From a virus (taxonomy: Duplodnaviria > Caudoviricetes), in the IMG/VR virus record IMGVR_UViG_3300031519_000061, positions 1 through 41,881 of that record: DNA of 41,881 nucleotides; one strand, 5' to 3'. Within the stretch, counting starts at the first letter, position 1, and every line of letters starts with the position of its first letter. The position numbers and the translations under genes were made by a program. The notes below the pieces were generated by a model. The model made no database searches. It was not told where the DNA came from and saw only the letters and a list, made by a program, of their open reading frames with translations. Below are positions 17,601-26,400 of this stretch, one piece after another.

Positions 17601-18728
17601 ACAAATATTACAGGTAATATAACACATACCGGACTTTACACTGTAAGTCAAGACTTTAATGTTACAGGCAATCTTATTATACAACAGAACTTAAATGTTG
17701 TAAAAGGTACATTAGAAAAAATTAACATTAGAAACAATGTAATCGAAACACAGTCTAATGATGACGATTTAGACATACGTGCAAGCGGTGGCGGAAATAT
17801 AATATTAGATTCAACTCTTGTAAACAATAGCGTAACAGTCCAAGGATCTGTAACAACCGGTGGACTAAATTTAACTTCAACGATAGCAGATTTTACAACT
17901 AATGATATAGACATTTTTGATAACATTATTACAACTACACAAAGTAATAGTGATTTACAATTTAGAAGTGCAGGATCTAGTACAGTTAATTTTGAAGACA
18001 TAGCTATTGATCAAACTAATATATCAACAGATGGAACATTAACTTTAGCACCTACAGAAAGTATAGTTGTTAATAGTACTGCTGCTGTAAAATTACCTAC
18101 AGGTACTATAGCACAACGTTCGTCAACTCAAGGTGATTTTAGATTTAACTCATCTAAAAATGTATTTGAATTCTATATTAACTCTAGTATTGCACTAGGG
18201 GGTGTCTACTCAGATGATTTATTTACAAATGTACTAGCACATCCTACAAATGACACTCTTCAGATAACTGTTGATAATTCAAATATTGGTAGTTTTGATA
18301 GCGACGGTATTAATATACATCAATTACAAGTTGAAGATATTAACATTAACAACAACACTATTAGAACAAACGTAAGTAATAGTGATTTAGAACTATCACC
18401 AGATGGATCTGGAGACGTTGTAATAGATGACATTACATTTGACGATAATTCTATAAAAAATACTGCTAACAACGCAGTTACATTGTTAACTAATACTGGT
18501 ATAGGTTACTGGCAGTTTGCTGGGTCAGGGGTAGTACGTATGCCGTTTGGTGATGCTAGTACACGACCGTCTACACCTGAAATAGGCTTTACTAGAGTTA
18601 ACACTACTAGTGACGAATTGGAATCATATAACGGAACAGCCTGGAAAACTTCAGCTGGTGAGTTCGACAGTATCTCAGTTGAGAATATGGAAGACGAGGC
18701 ATTAGTTCAGTCTTTAATCTACGGGTAA
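14658..18728 (+). CDS. Large fibre/spike protein A: pectin-lyase-like beta-helix, inserted beta-propeller, fibre repeats
   Basis: WVAQNGDD..PFKTLKHAL..GGYEE.LP beta-helix cap, SPYIQN, five F..DGTKMF repeats, SNSDL.L...G.G repeats; paralogue of 18862-22677. Confidence 0.85.
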   Translation: MAQVGRISGPVLQENLLRNGLDIAFRNDSNTTQLLYLDVTTGKVGINRNAPITELNIEGTARSTTWNTTALTSLVGYEISGNNINVRSGNIILNAPTGIKLSNLETEAFQATDNTISTHVSNANIDFQANGTGTVESIANTNISGNIHATGNITTNGDIIFGDQNTDSIVINAEVKSSIIPASNNTYALGSPSKRWDTIYSTLINGSTSVVGSFDVSGVEPATQRQGNMFWVAQNGDDTNVGDHPNGPFKTLKHALAFSDASTAGPVVIHVAPGGYEEELPLVVPPNTTILGADYRNTIIRPTSADQSKDVFHLNGETTISNITIKDFYYDSGNNTGYAFRFAPNAVVSTRSPYIQNVTVITQGTPITVTASSTFSVNSQETRPKGITFNNDGTKMFIVGEIGDDVNEYTLSTGFDLSSIVTFVDSFAVTQCPNPTAVKFNADGTKMFVTGPNNDNVHQYALTTGFDVSSASFTQTLVTTVDSDQFGLDFKPDGTKMYITGNQNNKIYEYNLSSAFDISSATFNQDLTLTAIDTEPFGIEWSTDGTRLFIVGTRGNGVDEFAVGTPYDISTLTHIGFYSIGGNPSGIHISPDGTKMFIIGNQSDTVKSYDLSVSYRIKVPTDDPRGFAQGDAGRGAWIDGASVNSASVEAAMLFHSATFITPGVDAITMTNGVRVEWLNSFTYFANRGLYAVNGSTGYLSSDGSTLKLGAEIRAIGSACVYGNYGAVADGSDCIMYLISHNFAYIGAGKFVDNDPSRSIQANETTESNSGKVYHVSQDHGGDFRIGDQFFVDFDTGTTSLTLSAAQVNEMQSLNITDSSGTSVITPTLIDIGNFRIQGNNINTLFGDINLDAATEIAFKNDVNFKKNLSLTGSVSVGTELIVFGDTFGQDTVEFNADLASNAVPDISGYYSLGRSPYKWRNGYFSEANVADIKFVDTTVTTNISNSDLELQANGVGKIYLPNADLEVTVDAQVSGHTLLTNTNITGNITHTGLYTVSQDFNVTGNLIIQQNLNVVKGTLEKINIRNNVIETQSNDDDLDIRASGGGNIILDSTLVNNSVTVQGSVTTGGLNLTSTIADFTTNDIDIFDNIITTTQSNSDLQFRSAGSSTVNFEDIAIDQTNISTDGTLTLAPTESIVVNSTAAVKLPTGTIAQRSSTQGDFRFNSSKNVFEFYINSSIALGGVYSDDLFTNVLAHPTNDTLQITVDNSNIGSFDSDGINIHQLQVEDININNNTIRTNVSNSDLELSPDGSGDVVIDDITFDDNSIKNTANNAVTLLTNTGIGYWQFAGSGVVRMPFGDASTRPSTPEIGFTRVNTTSDELESYNGTAWKTSAGEFDSISVENMEDEALVQSLIYG

Positions 18729-18750
18729 CATCGCCCTTTTTTACACAAAC

Positions 18751-18758
18751 GATAAATA
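18751..18758 (+). promoter_or_regulatory. Late promoter GATAAATA
   Basis: Intergenic TAAATA core after a weak hairpin plus T-run (18723-18742). Confidence 0.7.
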
Positions 18759-18765
18759 CTATTAA

Positions 18766-18844
18766 TGCAAGATGCGACTATTTGTCTTGCAGGTCCAAAC
18801 TGTGGTTAGCCCGCAACGTAAGGTGGCTAGAGGGACAGGATCCC
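18766..18844 (+). promoter_or_regulatory. Structured 5' leader with candidate H-type pseudoknot
   Basis: TGCAAGA/TCTTGCA hairpin; S1 TGTG 18801-04/CGCA 18812-15; S2 TTAGCC 18806-11/GGCTAG 18825-30; GGGA/TCCC hairpin just before AAGGAG. Confidence 0.6.
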
Positions 18845-18861
18845 CGTGTTAAGGAGAGAAT

Positions 18862-21800
18862 ATGGCTGTTGGTCGCATATCCGGTCCGCTCTTAAAGTCG
18901 AATCTTGTTCGTAATGGAATAGATTTAGCTTTTGAGACAGACCTATTATACCTAGATGTAAACAATCAGCGCATCGGTATCAAAACAACATCTCCACAAC
19001 ACGAGTTAGATGTTTCAGGAACATCACGAGTAACTAATCTTACAGTAACAAATACAGCAACACTTGGTAACGTAGTAGTTACCGGCAATACTATATCGTC
19101 AACTGATCAGTATCTAAACTTAGGAACTCTTGACAATGTTGTATATCAAAATAAACTAATCGTTGATTCCTTAGAATTAGAAGGCAACGTAATTAGTACC
19201 CGCGATTCAAATGCAAACTTAGAATTTAGACCAAACGGAACTGGAACCGTAGAAGTTTTATCTAACATGAATGTTACTGGTAACTTACACGCTACTGGTA
19301 ATATTAGTGCTGATGGTAATATTACTATTGGTGATGCTTCTACAGATACTATAGATTTTAAAGCAGAAGTTGCAAGTAATATTGTTCCAGATGCAACAAA
19401 CACATACCAGTTAGGCACAGACCCTTCTGGAGGCGGCAAACAATGGTCAGACGTTTGGGTTAACAACTTTAATGCAACATCAGTTACAACATCTGCTCTT
19501 ACAGTTAATGGCATTGACTTAATTCTAAAACAGGGTAACATTTATTATGTTGCAGAAAACGGTAACGATAGCAACGACGGCGACCACCCTCAGGCTCCAT
19601 ACGCAAGTATTAAATATGCACTAAGTCAAGTTACATCAGGTGATACTGTTCATATATACCCAGGCGAATATACAGAAGCATTTCCAATAACTGTGCCTGT
19701 AGGAGTTACTGTAAAGGGCCATAGTATAAGAGCTGTTAATATTTCACCTACAACTGTAACACGTTACAACGATGCATTTTTGCTCAATGGCGAAAGTACT
19801 GTTGAAGATATTACAGTCAAAGATTTTTATAGTGGAAGAAAGAACTTTACTATTACAAGCGGCGGTAGCGCAACAGGAACACTTACAGTAAATGTAGGAA
19901 TAACAGCTCAAGCACACGCTTATGTAAGTGGTGGAAGAATTACTAATGACGCAAAAACAATTGACCTTGCTGTAACAGGAGCAACTTACGTTCACGGAAC
20001 TGGAATACTTACTGTAACTTACACAGGAACTGCTCCTGCAAATGGCGCAGAAGTATTTTTAGATGCATTATTATTCAGCTGTGCAGGAGATACTAGAACA
20101 TTTCCAGACAATGGATATGGATTTAGATTTGCAACAGATTTTACAGTAACATCACGCAGTCCGTATATAAGAAACGTAAGTGTTATTACAAAAGGTAGTG
20201 TGGTTAGTTCAGGTGACCCAAGAGGATTTAATGCAGGCGATGCAGGTAAAGGAGCATATGTAGACGGAGCATACGCAACAGCTTCGTCGAGAGAATCAGC
20301 AATGCTGTTTCACTCAGTTACGTTTATTACTCCGGGTGTTGACGGCCTTACAGCTACTAACGGTGCAAGAATTGAATGGTTAAACTGTTTTACATATTTT
20401 GCTAACAAGGGTCTAAACGCCTATGATAGTGTAGCAGGATTTGCATACAACGGTAAGACACGAATTAGATTAAGTGGTATAACGGGAACATTTGCTGCAA
20501 ACGATGTAGTTACATTTACATCTAGAGATGCATCAACAGTAGTAGCAATTACAGTAGAAAGTGTCGAAGGTGATATTTTAGTAGTTGATGCTAAGAATAC
20601 TAATTTAATTGGGTTTGATACAACTCCGCAAACTATTGTAGCAACAACAGGCAGCGGAGCAACAGCAACAAAAATAGAAAATATTGACATACGAGATTTT
20701 GGTGCAGAAGTAAGAATGATTGGCTCTGCAAACGTTTATGGTAATTACGGATTGTACGGAGATGGACAAGGAGTACTTGTTTACGCTATTGGACAAAACT
20801 TAGCTTACATTGGCAACGGTAAAGAATTTACAAATGATACAGGCAGTGTTGTCCAAGCAAACGAAGTTGTTGAATTAGATGGCGCACAAATACGATACAG
20901 TAGTGTAGACCATAAAGGTGATTTTAGAGTAGGAGAATTATTCCACGTAAATCAAGAAAACGGAACAGTAGATTTTGCAGTTTCATCTTTGAATATTACA
21001 CTTACTGACGGCGTAACATTTAACAATGGCGGCGACACAACTTTTATAAACGGTTCAAGAATTGATACTGGCAATATAAGAATAAGTGGTAACACTATTG
21101 AAACTACTGCCGGCGCTTTAAATTTTGTAAGCGTAACTGATCAAATTAATATAGAAAACAATGTTAGTGTAGACGGTAATATTGATGTAACGGGCAACCT
21201 AACTATTGGCGGAAACATCACCTTAGGTGACAGTGCTAACGATAATTTAGAAATTGTTGCTGGAATTGCATCTGACCTACGTCCAAATATTACAAGTACA
21301 TATAGTTTAGGTACATCAACAAACACATGGGCAAACTTATACGTTGACGAACTATTTGTTGACGATATTAATGTCAATACAAATTACATCACAACAACAA
21401 ACTCAAATGCAAATTTAGAACTTAGAGCAAACGGCACTGGTAAAGTTTTATTACCTACTAACGATTTACAAGTAGATAATAATTTAAAAGTTGACGGAAC
21501 TGCAACACTTGCAAACACAAGTATTACCGGAACAGTAACACTAATAGGAGCGCATACCCAAACTGGTAATGCAAACGTTAGTGGCGATGTAACAGTAACA
21601 CAGGATTTAACTGTAGGTGCTGCCGTACAGTTTGAAGAAATAAAAATTGACGACAACATTGTTACTACTACTAGTTCAAACGCAAATTTAGAACTTAGAG
21701 CAAACGGCACTGGTAGTGTTGTTATTCCTAACAACAATGTAACAATTAGTAATAATTTAAATGTATTAGGGACAATGAGTCTTGTAGATCTAACTTCTAC

Positions 21801-22677
21801 TGGTACTATTACTTCAGCGCAATTTAGTACAGGCGATATAGTAATTAGAGATAACTTTATTACTACAACAAATACAAACAGCAACTTAGATCTGCGTACT
21901 TCGGGTACTGGAAAAATTGTTGTAGATAATTTATCGTTTGATGCTAGTACTATTGCAAGCTCAACAAACATAACACTTACACCTGCCAATGGAATAGTTA
22001 GCATTGATGCAACTGGAGCGTTAAAATTACCAGCAGGTACTACAGCACAACGTCCTTCAGCAGTAGCAGGCCAGCTAAGATTTAATAGTCAGCTTGCTAG
22101 ATTTGAAGGATACAATGGAACAAATTGGATTAAATTAGACGGACTACAGGACTTAGATGGCAATACTAAAATTACCGCAGAACTAACTCCTGGAGCAAAT
22201 GATGACACAATAAGATTTTATATTAACGGAAACGTTGTTGGTGACATTGATATAAACCGTTTTAATTCTAATAGAGTAACCGTAGATGACATCGAGATAG
22301 ATGGCAATAAGATAAGTAGTATTACTACTAATACGGATTTAAACTTAATTGCAAATGGCACAGGACAGGTTAAATTTGAAAACTTGGGTGTTACTGACAG
22401 CACTATAAAAAACAACGTATCTGGAGCAGTAACAGTATTTGAAAATACAGGCGCTGGATATGTTAAGTTTGATGGATCTCAAGGTGTAGTACTACCTGTA
22501 GGTGGTAACGCAACTAGACCAACTGGAGCAACTGGAATGATTAGATTTAATACTGATGATTCTAGAGTTGAGCTATATGACGGAACAACTTGGGTTAGTG
22601 TCGCAGGAGCAAGTGGCGGTATTTCTTTTGCACAAGCTGAAGATATAGCGATAGAGAAAGTATTAATTTTTGGATAG
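18862..22677 (+). CDS. Large fibre/spike protein B (paralogue of A)
   Basis: Same N-terminus (GRISGP.L..NL.RNG.D.AF), beta-helix, SNANLEL repeats, two GTTAQRP-type modules, C-terminal VLIFG. Confidence 0.85.
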   Translation: MAVGRISGPLLKSNLVRNGIDLAFETDLLYLDVNNQRIGIKTTSPQHELDVSGTSRVTNLTVTNTATLGNVVVTGNTISSTDQYLNLGTLDNVVYQNKLIVDSLELEGNVISTRDSNANLEFRPNGTGTVEVLSNMNVTGNLHATGNISADGNITIGDASTDTIDFKAEVASNIVPDATNTYQLGTDPSGGGKQWSDVWVNNFNATSVTTSALTVNGIDLILKQGNIYYVAENGNDSNDGDHPQAPYASIKYALSQVTSGDTVHIYPGEYTEAFPITVPVGVTVKGHSIRAVNISPTTVTRYNDAFLLNGESTVEDITVKDFYSGRKNFTITSGGSATGTLTVNVGITAQAHAYVSGGRITNDAKTIDLAVTGATYVHGTGILTVTYTGTAPANGAEVFLDALLFSCAGDTRTFPDNGYGFRFATDFTVTSRSPYIRNVSVITKGSVVSSGDPRGFNAGDAGKGAYVDGAYATASSRESAMLFHSVTFITPGVDGLTATNGARIEWLNCFTYFANKGLNAYDSVAGFAYNGKTRIRLSGITGTFAANDVVTFTSRDASTVVAITVESVEGDILVVDAKNTNLIGFDTTPQTIVATTGSGATATKIENIDIRDFGAEVRMIGSANVYGNYGLYGDGQGVLVYAIGQNLAYIGNGKEFTNDTGSVVQANEVVELDGAQIRYSSVDHKGDFRVGELFHVNQENGTVDFAVSSLNITLTDGVTFNNGGDTTFINGSRIDTGNIRISGNTIETTAGALNFVSVTDQINIENNVSVDGNIDVTGNLTIGGNITLGDSANDNLEIVAGIASDLRPNITSTYSLGTSTNTWANLYVDELFVDDINVNTNYITTTNSNANLELRANGTGKVLLPTNDLQVDNNLKVDGTATLANTSITGTVTLIGAHTQTGNANVSGDVTVTQDLTVGAAVQFEEIKIDDNIVTTTSSNANLELRANGTGSVVIPNNNVTISNNLNVLGTMSLVDLTSTGTITSAQFSTGDIVIRDNFITTTNTNSNLDLRTSGTGKIVVDNLSFDASTIASSTNITLTPANGIVSIDATGALKLPAGTTAQRPSAVAGQLRFNSQLARFEGYNGTNWIKLDGLQDLDGNTKITAELTPGANDDTIRFYINGNVVGDIDINRFNSNRVTVDDIEIDGNKISSITTNTDLNLIANGTGQVKFENLGVTDSTIKNNVSGAVTVFENTGAGYVKFDGSQGVVLPVGGNATRPTGATGMIRFNTDDSRVELYDGTTWVSVAGASGGISFAQAEDIAIEKVLIFG
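21409..21715 (+). repeat. Exact 34-bp direct repeat within fibre B
   Basis: GCAAATTTAGAACTTAGAGCAAACGGCACTGGTA at 21409-21442 and 21682-21715, 273 nt apart. Confidence 0.9.
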
Positions 22678-22681
22678 TTAA

Positions 22682-23011
22682 ATGGCAACAATATTAAAAA
22701 ATACAGTAATAAAAAATTGTGGAACGGTACCTGTTTTAATTTATGAAACATTATCGACAACACGGGTAACAATACTAGGATTAAGTTTTACTAATCTTAC
22801 GGATCAGTTTATATATTGTGACGTTCTAATTAAAGATGATACAAGTGTAACTGGATATTACTTAAAAGACAGTATATTACCAGCAGGAACAAGTTTACGT
22901 GCAGTTAGTACAGGCGAAAAATTAGTGTTGGCTCCTAGTAATCAACTCCTTGTTAGATCAAGTGTAGACGATTCAGTTGACGTTATTGTTAGTTACGTGG
23001 AGATTACATAA
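22682..23011 (+). CDS. Small beta-sandwich adaptor protein, paralogue 2
   Basis: 109 aa; TI.GLS.TN, KLVLAP and terminal VIVSYVEIT. Confidence 0.8.
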   Translation: MATILKNTVIKNCGTVPVLIYETLSTTRVTILGLSFTNLTDQFIYCDVLIKDDTSVTGYYLKDSILPAGTSLRAVSTGEKLVLAPSNQLLVRSSVDDSVDVIVSYVEIT

Positions 23012-23457
23012 TGAGTTATTATATTGGAACAAGCCCAACTGACGTTATTGATAGTTTTATCAAACGTTATTTCTATGGAGTACGTAGAAACGAAGACGGG
23101 GAATTATTTTTAATGAAATCAGACCAATTAGCAGGCGGCACCGAAAATATTGTTGTTGTAAATAATATTGGTATTTCTGAAGAAAACTATTTAGACTTTG
23201 AAGAAGGTATTGATTTCTTAAGCGGCATAGATGAAAATCATGATAAACTTTACGACAATGTTAGATATCCGCAGTTTAAATGGGATAGCAGATCATTGAC
23301 ATACTTTATTGATCCAGTAGACGGGCAATTTATTCAGAGATTATCACAAGCATACGTTTACCCACAAAATATATCTTCTCCGTCTTATAGCGACGGCGAC
23401 GATAATGCAGTTTTAAAAGACCCAACAGCTTACGCACCTAACGGACAAGGATACTAA
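23011..23457 (+). CDS. Hypothetical virion protein
   Basis: 148 aa, aromatic and acidic (YFYGVRRNEDGELF, YPQFKWD), TAATG-coupled to the upstream gene. Confidence 0.75.
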   Translation: MSYYIGTSPTDVIDSFIKRYFYGVRRNEDGELFLMKSDQLAGGTENIVVVNNIGISEENYLDFEEGIDFLSGIDENHDKLYDNVRYPQFKWDSRSLTYFIDPVDGQFIQRLSQAYVYPQNISSPSYSDGDDNAVLKDPTAYAPNGQGY

Positions 23458-23458
23458 T

Positions 23459-26400
23459 ATGGCAGAGTTTTCGATTGATAGATTTAAATATAACTGGAAA
23501 GGCGATTGGTTAGCAGGCGCAGATTATATTAGAGACGATGTTATACGTGTAAACGGTAAATCGTATGTTTGTATAGTAACACATACAGCAAGCGCAGCAT
23601 TTAGAACAGATCAAAATGCAACTGTTGATGGATCAAGTCCTCCTATTCCTCAACCACGTTGGGTAGTAATGACTAGTGGACGTAGCTTTGTTGGTGCTTG
23701 GGCTACTGCAACAAATTACAACATCGGCGATATTACACAATTTCAGGGATCATTGTATGTGTGCCAAGTGGCACATGCATCAAGTGACTTTCATATTGAT
23801 GCAGCAAATGTAGATGAAAGTTTGAGTGAACCTACTAATAATTGGGTATTAATTGCTGCTGGTACAAAATATTTAACTGCTTGGGCAGGAAATACTAGTT
23901 ACGGACTAAACGTAATAGTTAGATTTGGCGGAATTGCATATAAAAGTATAAAAGTACATTTAAGTACAGCAGTCTTTGGTGATGATACTGCTAATTGGGA
24001 GCAATATTACAACGGATATGAATATAAAGGTGCATGGCAAGGTTCTACTGAGTACAAAGTTAACGATTATGTAAAATACGGTCCCTCAATATTTACTTGC
24101 ACCGAAACACACACGTCAGGAACTACAGAACTTGACGATACAAGATTTACTATTACATTTCCTGGTAGCCAATATGATAGCGAATGGTCTAATGTTACTG
24201 CATACAATTTAGGAGACATAGTAAGATATGGCGGAAACTTATATTATGCTGTTAACAACAACGTAGACAGTAATCCGGGAAGAGTATTAGTATCAGATAC
24301 AGAAGATAGTACAATTGATTGGGTAGTTTTAGCATATGGCTACAATTATAGAGGTACATGGTCCGGTTATGATGAAGGATACAAGACTGGCGACATTGTT
24401 CAACGAGGCGGACAATTATTTATTGCAGTGCGTGATGTTAGTATCGGAGACGGAGACGGAAGTTCATTAGATTATTTGGACGAAGAAGTTTGGTCAAAGT
24501 TAATGCCAGGTAAAATATTTGCGGGACCATGGGAGACGAACAGACTTTACAGTGTAGGCGATGTTGTTATAAATTACGGAACTTCTTATTATTGTAATCA
24601 AGAACATCTATCTGAATCAAACAACTATCCAGGTGATAATGGAAGTGGTTACGAATACTGGGATATTTTAGTACAGGCTGGACAACCTGGCGGATTATTA
24701 TATGGAGGCGACTTGCTAACATACGGATTAAGCAGGTCAGAAGCCGGTGACGGGTCATCATTTGGTGATTCTCGAGTTGCAATAGGCACAAGTGGTCAAG
24801 TTTTAAGTATTACCGACACATTAGAAGCTTATTGGAGAAATATAAATACTGATACTGATATAGTATATGTGGGTAGACACGGAAAAGATAAAAAAGGATA
24901 CGGAGTTGCATCAGATAAGCCATTTAGAACTGTAAAGTATGCTTGTCAATATATAGAAGATAACTTCCAACCTCTTAAACCAGCAAAGGTATCTGTTGCT
25001 ACAGGAAGATTTGAAGAAATTGGTCCAATTACTGTTCCGGCCGGTTGCGTAGTAATGGGAGACGAATTAAGAGCTACTAAAGTTATTGCATCAGGTCCAA
25101 AAACAGCATATTCTGGAAATTATGTTACTCAACATTTTGCAGCTTTAGCACATATTAATACTATTCTGTCAGATGTGTTGACAGGAATAGCAATTACTCC
25201 TTATGCTGGCAATACGACTGTGCAAGATTTAAAAATGCCTCAAACTAATTTAGCAGCTATTAACGATATAGCTAATTTACAAATTAACTATACAAATTAT
25301 ATTAATTTTAGAGTAGCATCAGGCAGTACAGATCCTGTAATGATAGGATCAAACAATAAATCAGCACTCGAAAGATTTAATGCTGGCACAGCATTAGAAC
25401 TTAACAAAGAGTTTTTAGCCGCAGAATCATATGCATTTATGGTTGGCACATATCCAGCAGCTACTTTTGACGAAGATCAAGTAATACAAGATATATTGTA
25501 TTATATACGAGGAGTAAAAAGAGATGTGCAATACGACGGTAATTATGCTACACTGTTTGCAGCTAGGTACATTTCTAATAGTGTTTTAGGATCTCAAAAT
25601 GACGACTTGTTTTGGATGCGAGATACTACTGGTTTAAGACAGATGACAACTGACGGGTTAGTTGGATCTCTTAATCCGCCAGGCGTCTTTGCACAATACC
25701 AAAGACCAACAGGCGGCTCGTTAGTAGCATTAGATCCAGGGTGGGGACCAGCTGATAACAGAACATGGATTGTTAATAGATCACCTTATATACAGGGTGT
25801 AACAAACATTGGTACTGCTTGCGTAGGTCAAAAAATTGATGGTGCGCTACACAACGGCGGCAACCGTTCAATGGTTTCAAACGATTTTACACAGGTATTA
25901 AGTGACGGTATTGGCGCATGGGTGTTAAACAATGCAAGAGCAGAACTTGTATCAGTGTTTACATATTATTGTCAAGTTGGGTATCTAGCAGAAACGGGCG
26001 GAGTTATACGTGCAACAAACGGAAACAACTCATATGGAACATATGGTGCTATTGCTGAAGGAGCTAACCCTAGCGAAGTACCACAAGCATGTACAGTTAA
26101 TAATAGACAAAATGAAGCAATAGTTTCAAATGCACTTGCTGGAGGCACAGCAGATCAGATTTTAGTTTTTGAATATTCAAATACTGGACAAGAATATTCA
26201 ACTGCTACTTCAGATATTATTGGCGCAGGTGCTGATGCTCAAGTAGAGTTTACAGATTTTAGAGACGGCGGTCTAACAGAATTAAGACTTGTGAACACGA
26301 CAGGTTCGGGCAGCGAAGGTGGTTCTAACTATCTAATAAGACAGAATTCGGCACAGGTTACAATACCTGCAACAAGTACACTTACACTAAACACTAACGA

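Noticed and set aside
18800-18835. Pistol ribozyme (TGTGGTTAG start resemblance)
   Set aside because: Lacks the conserved AAA linker, P2/P3 and the cleavage-site junction; kept only as a generic pseudoknot.
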